This document shows, in pieces, positions 27,770-41,024 of a DNA stretch of 64,000 bases. The notes under the pieces are model-generated. The model saw only the letters and a program-made list of their open reading frames with translations, did no database searches and was not told where the DNA came from. The position numbers were made by a program, and so were the translations under genes. Source of the stretch: Eledone cirrhosa (Eukaryota); assembly GCA_964016885.1 (NCBI GenBank), contig OZ024742.1, positions 26,350,001-26,414,000 on the forward strand. Reading direction: 5' to 3'. How positions within the stretch are numbered: position 1 is the first letter of the stretch; every line of letters starts with the position of its first letter.

Positions 27770-28172
27770 CAGTTTAGCGAACGTTTATTATAACGCTCGC
27801 TTTGTCCGTTTGTAAACAAACAGACAGCCTGATTTATGCCGTACGGTGTTAAGGCAACCACGTCACCTTTTTGTTCAACACTGACACAGGAACGATGTAC
27901 TAGTTTCAAGCTTGTTAGCTATCGTCAGCACCGTATACCCTTCTGCCAGATGGTTGAACGTTGGAAAGTATATACTTTCCTTATGAAAATTAACGGCTGA
28001 GCAGCCTAATTTGCATATCGAGTGAGTTCAGTCGGCCAGGCGCACCGAAAACGATAAGTTAGAATAGAATGAAACGAAATTTCAATTCTCACTCTTAGTA
28101 CGGCACTTACTTAAATGTAAGTAAGTGCCGTACTAAGAGTGAGAATTGAAATTTCGTTTCATTCTATTCCAA
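27770..28172 (-). mobile_element. Retrozyme-like monomer between (TA)n tracts with terminal fold-back
   Basis: Contains an HHR, an octamer module homologous to the 465-bp unit, and a ~50-bp-arm palindrome at 28061-28170. Confidence 0.65.
27892..27934 (-). ncRNA. Type I hammerhead ribozyme
   Basis: ACGGTG-CTGACGA-TAGCT-AACA-AGCTT-GAAA-CTAG-TA-CATCGT. Confidence 0.8.
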
Positions 28173-28174
28173 AT

Positions 28175-28206
<32 letters not shown>

Positions 28207-28211
28207 TATAA

Positions 28212-30185
28212 ACGTTTGAATATGTGTAATAAAGCCAAAACAATGCAGGTATGGACATAGAAAAAAAAATGCAATTGTAAAAGATATTGTTGACAATTCG
28301 TCCTTTACCTTAGATTTATTTAAATGTCCTTTATTTTCGAGATAATATCTCTTCTTTAGAGGGAAATAAAGGTCTCAAACCAGCGTTCTAAATATCTTGC
28401 CAAGCCATGCTGACAGGAAATAGTATAGAGTATCTGTTCTATCTCTAATGTCAAAGAGTTAAAATTAGGTGGATAAAGAGTAGTCTCCCTTTAAAAGGGG
28501 TTTGTTTAGGGTTTTTTTATTTTTATTTTATATACATGCCTGTATAAGTGTGTGGGAGAATGCATGAAGGTGTAAGTATGTGTGTGTGTGTGAGTGTGAG
28601 AAGATAAGTCTATTCGTAAATGTGGTGGATAGGTGTTATCTGGTGTTAGAACTGGTTTTGTGTGTGTATGTGAGAGATAGAATAAGTGGAGGTGTAAGCG
28701 TGTGTGTGTGCGCGTGCGTGTGCGTGTGTGGGGTGTCTAAATATGGGGCTAGAAGCCCTATCAGGTTATAAATTGGGTGTTGATTTCTAGTCTATTATTG
28801 ATTGGTGGTCGTGTTTTATCTATAATTAGTGCTTCCTTAATTCTAAGATTGCCGAGGTTTCTTTCCTTAGTTTCTATCCTAACTGTTATGGTTTTGTCGG
28901 TGTTTTTGCATTTAACTAGGTGTTTCTTAAATGAGGAAGCGTTAGTATTCAGGTGTTCTTTTATTCTTATGTGGAGTGGTCTGGTGGTGCTACCTACGTA
29001 GAAGTTGTTGCATTTGTCACACTCTAGTCTGTATACGACATAAGCTTGGTGGCATAGGTCTGTGTCGTTGATGGAGCAGTTGGCTAGTCTGCAGCAGTTG
29101 TCATGTTTGACAGAGTGTCTCTTGGCCAGCCGTCCGCGCAGAGAAGGACCCGAGTGGGCCAGTTGGATATCCAGTCCCTCTCGTCTGATGGCTCTGCGGA
29201 TGGCTGTTGTTGTTTCTTCACTGAAGTGTGGGAGCTTCAGGAAGCAAGTGTTAGTGCCTCGGGTGTGGTGTCCTCTGTTCTTTCTGGCACGGTTTGTGGT
29301 GGATGTCGTGTATCCGTTCAGTTTGAGTACTTCCAGGAAATGTGTGGTGTGTGTGTCTCGGTCTCTAGCGTCGGTGCATTTATTCCGGATACGTGCCAGT
29401 TCGTTCCATATGTATCCGAACTTGGCACCGAGTGGGAGGGCCGATCTGAAATGTACGAACAGGTCCCTGCTGGCGGCTTTTTTATAGAAGCAGGTGTAGA
29501 TGTTGCCTTCCTCTGTTACCCTGAGTTGGAGGTCCAGTAGGGATAGGGAGCCGCGGTCATCGGGGTGTTCCATGCTGAACTTTATACTGGCGTCCATGCT
29601 GGAGAATGTTGTGTATATTTTATTTGCCTCCTCACGGGATGATGTAAGGATGAGTATGTCATCTACATATCGGGTGAAGAAGGCATGGGAATGGCAGGTG
29701 TTGAGGGCTCGGCATTCTAGCTGGTTCATGTAGATGATGGCCAGCAGGCCCGATAGGCTGGATCCCGTGGGCAATCCTGTTGTCTGTCTGTATGTGTGGT
29801 GGTGGAAGGTGAAGTACGTGTTGTCTACTGTGAAGGTCAAAAGCTGGAGGAGTATGTCCGTCGAGTGGAGGCCGTAGCAGTGGATGTCCTCTGCGACCAC
29901 GCAGTCCGTCAATAAATCGACAGCTGGATGAGCGGGGACTGTAGTGTAGAGGGAGACAACGTCGAGGCTAAAAGCGTATTTATTTAGTTTAAGTTGTTCT
30001 AGCTGGAGTTGGTGTAGTCTACGTATAACTTCGTCGGAGCTACTGACATGCCCCGGATCACAGTGTATAATTCACTGTCACTTAGGTGTTCAAAGGCTAG
30101 GTTATTGTATGTGGCTTGAGAGATGACGCAAAACTCTTTACCTTTGTCGGATGGTAAGTATATAAGTTCCCTATTCCGTAGGTTC

Positions 30186-30190
<5 letters not shown>
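28212..30190 (-). mobile_element. Penelope-like element 2 (RT plus GIY-YIG), internally deleted, both ends in (TA)n
   Basis: PSDKG motif (29999-30190), FSLDVVSLYT, GLPTGS, RYVDD, VVYRLECDKC..FYVGSTTRPLHIRIKEH; the RPI segment seen in element 1 is absent. Confidence 0.9.
28761..29975 (-). CDS. PLE RT/GIY-YIG ORF fragment
   Basis: Open 383-aa tracked ORF plus upstream FSLDVV codons; homologous to element 1. Confidence 0.8.
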   Translation of the reverse strand, partial: AFSLDVVSLYTTVPAHPAVDLLTDCVVAEDIHCYGLHSTDILLQLLTFTVDNTYFTFHHHTYRQTTGLPTGSSLSGLLAIIYMNQLECRALNTCHSHAFFTRYVDDILILTSSREEANKIYTTFSSMDASIKFSMEHPDDRGSLSLLDLQLRVTEEGNIYTCFYKKAASRDLFVHFRSALPLGAKFGYIWNELARIRNKCTDARDRDTHTTHFLEVLKLNGYTTSTTNRARKNRGHHTRGTNTCFLKLPHFSEETTTAIRRAIRREGLDIQLAHSGPSLRGRLAKRHSVKHDNCCRLANCSINDTDLCHQAYVVYRLECDKCNNFYVGSTTRPLHIRIKEHLNTNASSFKKHLVKCKNTDKTITVRIETKERNLGNLRIKEALIIDKTRPPINNRLEINTQFIT

Positions 30191-30230
<40 letters not shown>

Positions 30231-30261
30231 ATGTATGTATGTATATATATATATGTATATA

Positions 30262-30356
<95 letters not shown>

Positions 30357-30373
30357 ATATATATATGTATATA

Positions 30374-30476
<103 letters not shown>

Positions 30477-30532
30477 GTGAGGTTTTTTTTACAAAATGTA
30501 AAATAACCGAAGTGTCCTACACGAGTGAAAGT

Positions 30533-30717
30533 ATAAAGAAAAAGAGATGAAATCGAAAATGCAACTGGAGTCTTATTTTTTTTTTTTTAATTATATATAT
30601 TTCAACTCACCTTTTGAAAAGCAGAAGAACTGCGAAACCGGTAAAGGAACTAAATAAATATATATATTTAAAAAAAAAAATAAGACTCCAGTTGCATTTT
30701 CGATTTGATCTCTTTTT

Positions 30718-30723
<6 letters not shown>
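30533..30723. repeat. Inverted repeat (~65-bp arms) enclosing a hammerhead motif
   Basis: AAAGAGAT.AAATCGAAAATGCAACTGGAGTCTTA and its reverse complement flank the spacer. Confidence 0.8.
30610..30647 (+). ncRNA. Minimal type I hammerhead, U3-A8 core variant
   Basis: CCTT-TTGAAAA-GCAG-AAGAA-CTGC-GAAA-CCGG-TA-AAGG. Confidence 0.65.
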
Positions 30724-30773
<50 letters not shown>

Positions 30774-31012
30774 GAAATGACAGGAGGCTGGATTTGTGTA
30801 AATCCTTGAAAGGTTTATTATACTATGATCATTTGAATGACCGGGTTCCGTATGAATCCGGTGATATCATCAGGTATTCGAAATATAATACGTGAATGTA
30901 ATAGATAAAATCCATGGGGCTGAACATCGGGGACCCGAGTACTCTCTATATTATTACATTGCGATTGACCATACGGAATTGACCACATCTATCCAGTGGT
31001 GAACCTCAAACC

Positions 31013-31137
<125 letters not shown>

Positions 31138-31243
31138 TATCGGGTAAAATGAGAAGGAAGCCTGACAGGTTGTATTCCTTTAGATTTTATTACTGTAAAC
31201 ACTATGCACACTTCAGTAGACAGGTTTCGTGACATCTTTAGCA

Positions 31244-31310
<67 letters not shown>

Positions 31311-31319
31311 ATATATATA

Positions 31320-31651
31320 TGAGCACACAACACACACACAGAAACAAAATGGCGTAGAACAGAACAAAGGAGAGGTACAGAAACAATGAAAGGAATCCCA
31401 ATCACTGAAGAGGTCACAGAGTGTGTGACGAAAGAACTATGACTATATATAAACAACTATCTGGTTGTGGAACCAACCAACCAACCAGAAATTTATAAAT
31501 TTATAAATTTATAAATATATAATAAATTGAAGTGAAAGCAACTGGTGCGTGTGTTTCTTATTGGCATCATGACCCTCCCAAAGTATAACAATATCGGTTT
31601 CAACACACGATTTCAGATAAAGAATCTTGCTAAACAAATTCAGAAACGAAA
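31320..31651 (+). mobile_element. Solo copy of the 3' terminal repeat of PLE 3, with hammerhead motif
   Basis: Highly similar to 35650-35990; TCA-CTGAAGA-G-GTCACA/TGTGAC-GAAA-GAAC-TA-TGA at ~31402-31442. Confidence 0.8.
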
Positions 31652-31655
31652 TATA

Positions 31656-31790
<135 letters not shown>

Positions 31791-31992
31791 TTTGGCAGAG
31801 GGAATTCAATCAATGCTTCCAGTCTTCCGCAGACCCATCATCATGCTATTAAGGGGTGTTAGCTTCCTTAACTTCTGATATAATTGTCACCAAGGGGCTG
31901 CTCACAAATAATGAGTCATTCCGTGAAACGTGTATATTAAGTTATTACGACTTCTTCCTATTTAATTAACTATCTTACTGAGACATGTAGCA

Positions 31993-32180
31993 AATAATTG
32001 TTTCTACTTTTGGCACAAGGCCAGCAATTATTCCAGTGTATTTATGTTACTTTATTTTATCGACCCCGTAAGGATAAAAGGCAAAGTTAACCTCGGCGGG
32101 ATTTCAACTCAAACGATAAAGGGTCGTAACACTTTTCTGCAAAGCATGGCATCCGACCCTCTACCGATACTGCCAATCCA
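31993..32180 (-). mobile_element. SINE family A
   Basis: Matches the family consensus. Confidence 0.8.
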
Positions 32181-32377
32181 AGAAAATAATGTTTACAATA
32201 TTAGGTTGCAACATGGAGGAATGGCTAAGAAGTCGGCTTCGTAACCATTAGTTCCATGTTTCGCACCAGCTCTCTGGCATCTGGGACATATTATGTTTAC
32301 TATAACATCTTACTGAACTATGTATGACCCGTGATTCATCTAGTTACCTTAGCATTACTCTAGATACGATGTACATT

Positions 32378-32640
32378 GGAGGAGCTTGGCTCATTCCTAA
32401 GGGTGTTGGATTTACGATCAAAATGTCGTAGGTTCGATTCCTGGATTGGGTTGTGTATTGTGTTCTTGAGCAAAATACTTCATTTCACGTTGCTCCTGCT
32501 TAGTCAGCTGAAATTAAGTACCAGTCGTAGCTGGAGCTTTAAACCTGCGCTGAACGGGTCAGTACTGGGGTGAGTCTTTTTTTCTCAGTCGGTTAATGCC
32601 ATGGAACCCAGGACAAGCACATACTTGATGAGCCTCCGAA
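32378..32640 (+). mobile_element. tRNA-derived SINE family B
   Basis: TGGCTCA A box, GGTTCGATTCC B box, GTGTTCTTGAGCAAAATACTTCATTTCAC. Confidence 0.65.
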
Positions 32641-33711
32641 ATTGTGACAGACGTTAGAGACTGATAGAAACATAGTTTTTAAGTAAAATCGTGTTGACAG
32701 CAACTGTTTGGAGACTCGCCGTAAGGAGTTTACCTGTATCACACTGAATTTCAATGGGAATTACTTTAAGAATTCACATGTGTGTAGAATGCTCAGTCAC
32801 GTACACATTAATTTAATGAGGAGGTTGTTCAGTTGATGGAGTAACTGGAATACTATTCATCGAAATTGTTGGAAGCCCATCTATTAAAGATATTAAGTAA
32901 TTCTTTTTATCAACTGTTTAGTAGGGCTTAATCCGTAGTTTAACTGGACGATAATAAGTCTCAGTATATTTTACTTAGTGATCAACAATTTGTTGCCATT
33001 GTGTCGTTCAACCCTTATCTATTAAGTGAATGTTTGTAGACGGAAAATGTGTAGAAGCCCGTCGGATGAAGATTATCGTCTGAAAGCTCACTGGCGGTGG
33101 ACATACGCATGTGTACATATTTATTCATATATTGTTTTATCTATGTATTAATATGTGTACCTGTGCATTAATTTACACATGTATAGACTTTTAGGAACCA
33201 GGATATGTATGTGTATGCGCATGTAGTATACACATTTATTTAACGTTGACTATTTACATATTAATGTGTGTGTAAATATATTTCGCATTGGCTCTCGATT
33301 ATATTTGCATATGTAATGTATGTATGTATTTGCCTGATTGTATGCATGCATATATATGTCTGTCTCCATGTATGTAAGAATGTTTGTATGTATGTGTGTA
33401 TGTATACATATATATGTATATATTTATAAGTGCATATGTATGGGTGTATAGATGGTGTTAATTTATGTAGATAATTGTTTATATGCATTATGTATATATT
33501 CAAAAATGTATCTAATCATGTATAAGTACTTAACATACATTTTAACTATATGTATAATGCATATATACAGTTTTCTTCAGTATATTTGCATTATATTATG
33601 TTACGCCTGTGTATATGTTTAAGTGTATAAATACATATCTTTAATATTTTCAAGACACTCATGTTCATTATATCATAACGTTAAGATATATTTTCATCAT
33701 ATTAAGTGTCT

Positions 33712-33900
33712 GCGGTGGATTGGCAGTATCGGTAGAGGGTTGGACGCCATGCTTTGAAGCATAGAGTTACCTCCCTGTATGATCTTAGTTCAAATCCTGC
33801 CGAGGTTAACTTTGCTTTTCATCCTTACGGGGTCGATAAAATCTAGTACCAGTAATGCACTGGGTAATTGCTGGCCTTGTACCAAAAGTAGAAACAATTA
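33712..33900 (+). mobile_element. SINE family A
   Basis: Matches the family consensus. Confidence 0.8.
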
Positions 33901-33980
33901 TATTAAGTGTCTGCAAAGATACGAGTAATATCCTTTAACATTTTGTTTGTAAATATAGCCATACTAATGTATATATATAA

Positions 33981-34068
<88 letters not shown>

Positions 34069-34274
34069 CGACAGGCAATCAACTTTCGTGAAACAGACCG
34101 AGGAAAAAATGTTTCTGTTGGCCTTTCCAATTGCTAATACTAAGTATCTGTCGCAAATACCGGTAGAAGGGGAAACGTGAAATAAAGTGTCTTGCCCACG
34201 GACACAACGCATAGCCCGGTCCGTGAATCGTAAGCACAATCTCACGATTGTATTTATGTGTGTATATATATATA

Positions 34275-35990
34275 TGGTGTTAGTATTGCAGGTGACATAG
34301 CTAACCTATTCATGGTATGGTGGGACAATAGACTTAAAATTAAACTTAAAGAACAATGAGAAGACAGCAACCTCTAAACCCTGATAATGTACTCCCGCTA
34401 CGTTGATGATATAAACATCGTAGTAAAAATACCCCACTAGAGAACAGTCAGGAATTAGAAAAAAACACCATGGAAAGCATCTAGCAAATAGATCACTCCA
34501 TCCACCAGAGTATTAGAGTTACTATAGACTACCCAAGCAAACACCCCAACCATCGATTACCTGTACTAGACACAGAGCTCTGGTTAGATACTATCAATGA
34601 CAAAAAAAAAAGATCCTCCATTCCCATTATGCCAAACCCATGACTTCCAAATATCTGATCCACCGAAAGTCAGCTGTTTCGGACCACACCAAAATCAACA
34701 TACTGATTGCGGATTTGGTAATGGTGATGAGAAACGTGTCCCGCATGTGCAACCCCAAAGAACTAGAGAGACACATACAACACTTCATCCACCGTATGCA
34801 GTTCTCTGGTTACAATCAGAGAGATAAGATCAGAGTATATAAAGGAACCAGAACCAAATGGGAAAAAATGGTAAATAATGATACAAATGGGACCTGCCCC
34901 TTGTATAGGAGCACATTTTGGAATAGCATAGAAAGAACTAGGAATAAGGTTAATAGAATAAACTCATGGTATGATAGCAATAAATACCAGAGTGTAATGT
35001 TCATTAATACAACCCCTAGAGATGAATTAGCTTACAAATTCAGAAGGGCCCTAAATAAACATAAACTCAATATTAAGATAGTAGAAAGACCAGGTATCTC
35101 CATAAAAACACTTATTAGCAATACATAACCTTTTCAAAGACGTCCCTGTATAGATAAGAAATGTATAATCTGTAAATTAAGCCCCCACTTTAACTGTAAA
35201 ACTAGAAATGTAGTACATAGCATAAGATGTACTGAAGGACAATGTAGAGATAAGAATATAGTGTACATAGGTGAGACAGCTCGTAGTATAGGAGAATGGA
35301 TAAATGAACACTGGCGAGAGCTTCAAGATAGTAAATAATCATCTGTACTCTACCAACATGCTAAAATAGAACATAAGGGTAAATTAGAGAACATAGAAAT
35401 AAAAATAGAATCTACACACAGAAAAGACGCATGTTTAGACAAATCACAGAGGCAATAAACATAAATGAACTCCAACCAAAATGAAATAGAAACCATGAAT
35501 GGAATCGCAACATCACAACGTACAATTAAGGACAAAATGAAAACACACACACACATAGAACAAACAAACAACCAGTAACATGTAAATAAACAAATAAATA
35601 AACAAATATAAACACACACAGACACCCGTTTATAACACATGCGCAAACTAAGCACACACCACACACAAAAACAAGATGGCGTATGACAGAACAAAGGAGA
35701 GGCACAAAAACAAAGAAAAGAATCCTCAGTCACTGAAGAGGTGACAGAATCTGTGACGAAAGAACTTTGACAATATATGAACAATCGTCTGGTTGTGGAA
35801 CCAACCAACCAACCAACCGGAAATTTATAAATTCCTGAACTTATAAATTTAATTTATAATATATTTAAGTAAAAGTAACTGGTGCGTGTGTTTCTTATTG
35901 GCAACATGACCCTCCCAAAGTATAACAATATCGGTTTCAACACACGTTTTCAGATAAAAAATCTTGCTAAACAAATTCAGAAACGAAATA
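34275..35990 (+). mobile_element. 5'-truncated degenerate Penelope-like element 3 with 3' terminal repeat, both ends in (TA)n
   Basis: GVSIAGDIANLFM, YSRYVDDIN, LPVLD, HY.KPMTSK, CKTRNVV..I.C...C..VYIGETARS; several stops and frameshifts; HHR motif at ~35729-35771. Confidence 0.85.
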
Positions 35991-36018
35991 TATATATATA
36001 TATATATATACATAATAT

Positions 36019-36092
<74 letters not shown>

Positions 36093-36359
36093 TCATGGCA
36101 CTGATTATGTGGAATCGCGTGTCCACTGTCGTCATTGTAATATGTATTAGCGTTTTTCAATAAAGGATTTTAACATCTGAAACTATTTCGCACTTTCTTA
36201 TTCTAAATATATTCCGTCATTCCTGTGTGGCTACTGTACGTAGAGAGCTCGAATAATTAAATTGCATAAATGTTTATATCTATTTATTATATTGATAGAT
36301 AGATATGTAGGGAAGAAAAAATTATATATATGTTCACTCTGCATTATATTGCGATATAT

Positions 36360-36550
36360 GGATGGATTGGCAGTATCTGTAGAGGGTCGGACGCCATAAT
36401 TTGTAGCAAAGAGTTACAGCCCTTTATGGTCTAATTTCAAATCCCACCGATGTTAACTTTACCTTTTATCCTTACGGGGTCGATAAAATAAAGTACCAGT
36501 AATACAATGGGATAATTGTTGTCCATGTGCCAAAAGTAGAAACAATTATT
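36360..36550 (+). mobile_element. SINE family A
   Basis: Matches the family consensus. Confidence 0.75.
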
Positions 36551-37768
36551 ATTTCGATGTATGCTTACTGTACTGTATTTACCATTCACCTTTTTCCCGT
36601 ATATATAATATATCACTGACCTAGGGCTCAGTAGTTGCTAGGTTTGTGTACATTTCATGGAATCTTTTGAAATTGTCATTTAACATAGTCTCGCACAGCC
36701 TTGAGAATGAAGCTGGACAAAAGAAATTTCCGAGGGTTCCTGTTATTCGGAAAATGGTGCAACCTGCTAAAGAAATTTATGTATGTGTATTATATAAGTA
36801 GGTGTCCCCATAACGAAATATTCAGTAAAAGTCAGCATGACATGGCTTCCAAATAGTTTCTATCTACCAAATTCTACTCACAATGCATAGGTCGTGAAGA
36901 GGTTTATGGTACATGACGTCATATACTACGCCCTAGGATCGAACTCAGGACCTAATTATTAAGAAAGGAGTTAACCAAACGTTGGACAAGGCCTCGTTGT
37001 CTTAGTTTTATTAATATACAACATCTGAACACACTTATTCTACTAGGTACAGGTTCATTGCTTCAGTCACCGTTTGTACTATTTTCCTTTCCCCCTTATT
37101 CATATAAATAACCAGCCCCTCTTCTACAAAATGTAATCAGTATTCATTGTATATATTCCAGTATAGATAACGAGATTCAGGTATAATTAGAATTGTTGTT
37201 GTTTAGGCTAAATACTTCGCACTGAAACTCTGCACTCAGAGAGAAAGAACTCGATACACAAAACTACAAATTAACGTTAGATCATTTTTATCAACATTTT
37301 CGTTGTCCTCAATAAACATGTTGTCAAGCAGTTTGAGGGGGGAAAAATGATGAATAAAAAGAAATGTTTAATTGAAATTCCATATGGCAATTATACTGTA
37401 AAACATGACGGTAAAGAGGAAGTAGAATAAAGACTAAAGAGAGTGTGGAATAAATTATAGTTAACAGAAATCAACAGTGGTAAATATCATCGTTGTGAAT
37501 TTAGAAAACGTTGCATTATGGTATATACGCAAAAATACATACCTACATATATATATATAAACAAAACCACAAGCAAATACACAGATACACATATGCACAT
37601 ATGTAATAACAGACGAACTATTGACATTTTTATAAAAATGTTTTCCCTTTGACGATGTTTGGGATAAATATATCCAAGAAATGATTATAATAAAAATAGA
37701 GTAGACAACATATATATATATATATACATGTACGGGTGAACCTGCAGTAACTCCTAGTTACACCCGCT

Positions 37769-37823
<55 letters not shown>

Positions 37824-37931
37824 TTAGTTAAGCAAAACAATATCACAGATCTCACAAGGAAGACATTATTAAAAGATTGTCAACATATTTTAGTTTGTAA
37901 GTAATGCAGAGAATAATAATAATAATATTAA

Positions 37932-38255
37932 TAATAATTGTTTCTACTTTTGGCACAAGGCCAGCAATTACCCAGTCCATTACTGGTACTTTATTTTATC
38001 GACCCCGTATGGATGAAAGGCAAAGTTAACCTCAGCAGGATTTGAACTCAGATCAGAAAGGGGCGTAACTCTCTGCTACAAAGCATGTTGTCCGACCCTC
38101 TACCGATACTGCCAAACCACTAAATAATTGTTTCTACTTTAGGCACAAGGCCAGCAATTACCCAGTGCATTACTGGTACTTTATTTTATCGACCCCGTAA
38201 GGCTGAAAGGCAAAGTCAACCTCGGCGGGATTTGAACTCAGATCGTAAAGGGACT
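37932..38255 (-). mobile_element. Two tandem SINE family A copies (one partial)
   Basis: 37932-38120 and 38122-38255. Confidence 0.8.
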
Positions 38256-38353
38256 AAATAATGTCCGTTTGGCTTCTAACTAATTCACCAATCTCTCCTC
38301 TCCTATCTCCTCTCCTATCTCCATCTCTCTCTTTAAGATTGGTTACTCTTGAA

Positions 38354-38406
<53 letters not shown>

Positions 38407-38635
38407 CACGCGTATGTGTGTGTGCGTGCCATTGTTTTTGTGTGTATGTATAAGTATTGATCAATGAAAATAAATCAAATTTCGGTAATTAATGAGTTCA
38501 TTGTTCTACAATCGATTCAGAGGGTTGACTATTCGTGGTAGATCGATGTCATCGACTCACGTAGTGCTTACGTCACTACCTGTTTCTTCTCTCGAAATCT
38601 TTGATAATCCCCACAGTCCACCTCGCTAATAATGA

Positions 38636-38727
<92 letters not shown>

Positions 38728-38789
38728 ATGTTTAACCCCGACAGCAGAGCTAAATCCGTTTCGATGGCTATATCTGGGTCCAGAAATAC

Positions 38790-41024
38790 GTACGTACTCA
38801 CGCTCTATGCAAATTAGTCTGCCCACTACTAATATTCATAGAAAAAGCATATAACGATATGTGCTTTTACGATTCTCTAGAAAGGCCGGAGGATAGGTGG
38901 TAAATATTGCTGATGAGATGTAACAACATCGAAACTAGTCCAATATTCCTGTCTGGCTTTCTGGAGAATAGAGGAAAGGTGTTTCCTCGAAAACCAGTAT
39001 GACTCTAAAAACCGGTTTGTCTGTGTGTTTACATACAGAATAGCTGAACACTCACAGTAAAGTGTCCAGTGAAAAACTCGGTACATCTACATATGTACAT
39101 GTGTGTGTATTCATATGCATACTAGTATTTCAGTATACATATGTGGATGTACATTTTTAACTTAATTGTTTAAGCGTCAGTCATACAAAAGTGAGTTACA
39201 AACGAAACGAAATTTAATTTCGTTTCGTTATTTGTTTTTATCCTCTCCGCTGAACCGGTACGTACTCACGCTCTATGCAAATTAGTCTGCCCACTACTAA
39301 TTTTCATAGAAAAAGCATATAACGATATGTGCTTTTACGATTCTCTAGAAAGGCCAGAGGATAGGTAAATATTGCTGATGAGCTGTAACAACATCGAAAC
39401 TAGTCCAATATTCCTGTCTGGCTTTCTGGAGAATAGAGGAAAGGTGTTTCCTCGAAAACCAGTATGACTCTAAAAACCGGTTTGTCTGTGTGTTTACATA
39501 CAGAATAGCTGAACACTCACAGTAAAGTGTCCAGTGAAAAACTCGGTACATCTACATATGTACACGTGTGTGTATTCATATGCATACTAGTATTTCAGTA
39601 TACATATGTGGATGTACATTTTTGACTTAATTGTTTAAGCGTCAGTCATACAAAAGTGAGTTACAAACGAAACGAAATTTAATTTCGTTTCGTTACTTGT
39701 TTTTATCGTCTCCGCTGAACCGGTACGTACTCACGCTCTATGCAAATTAGTCTGCCCACTACTAATTTTCATAGAAAAAGCATATAACGACATGTGCTTT
39801 TACGATTCTCTAGAAAGGCCGGAGGATAGGTAAATATTGCTGATGAGATGTAACAACATCGAAACTAGTCCAATATTCCTGTTTGGCTTTCTGGAGAATA
39901 GAGGAAAGGTGTTTCCTCGAAAACCAGTATGACTCTAAAAACCGGTTTGTCTGTGTGTTTACATACAGAATAGCTGAACACTCACAGTAAAGTGTCCAGT
40001 GAAAAACTCGGTACATCTACATATGTACACGTGTGTGTATTCATATGCATACTAGTATTTCAGTATACATATGTGGATGTACATTTTTAACTTAATTGTT
40101 TAAGCGTCAGTCATACAAAAGTGAGTTACAAACGAAACGAAATTTAATTTCGTTTCGTTATTTGTTTTTATCCTCTCCGCTGAACCGGTTCGTACTCACG
40201 CTCTATGCAAATTAGTCTGCCCACTACTAATTTTCATAGAAAAAGCATATAACGATATGTGCTTTTGCGATTCTCTAGAAAGGCCGGAGGATAGGTAAAT
40301 ATTGCTGATGAGATGTAACAACATCGAAACTAGTCCAATATTCCTGTCTGGCTTTCTGGAGAATAGAGGAAAGGTGTTTCCTCGAAAACCAGTATGACTC
40401 TAAAAACCGGTTTGTCTGTGTGTTTACATACAGAATAGCTGAACACTCACAGTAAAGTGTTCAGTGTAAAACTCGGTACATCTACATATGTACACGTGTG
40501 TGTATTCATATGCATACTAGTATTTCAGTATACATATGTGGATGTACATTTTTAACTTAATTGTTTAAGCGTCAGTCATACAAAAGTGAGTTACAAACGA
40601 AACGAAATTTAATTTCGTTTCGTTATTTGTTTTTATCCTCTCCGCTGAACCGGTACATACTCACGCTCTATGCAAATTAGTCTGCCCACTACTAATTTTC
40701 ATAGAAAAAGCATATAACGATATGTGCTTTTACGATTCTCTAGAAAGGCCAGAGGATAGGTAAATATTGATGATGAGATGTAACAACATCGAAACTAGTC
40801 CAATATTCCTGTCTGGCTTTCTGGAGAATAGAGGAAAGGTGTTTCCTCGAAAACCAGTATGACTCTAAAAACCGGTTTGTCTGTGTGTTTACATACAGAA
40901 TAGCTGAACACTCACAGTAAAGTGTCCAGTGAAAAACTCGGTACATCTACATATGTACACGTGTGTGTATTCATATGCATACTAGTATTTCAGTATACAT
41001 ATGTGGATGTACATTTTTAACTTA

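Noticed and set aside
38877-40946. Repeated 68-69 aa minus-strand ORF in the 465-bp units
   Set aside because: Antisense to the hammerhead, interrupted in unit 4, no recognisable motif; most likely incidental
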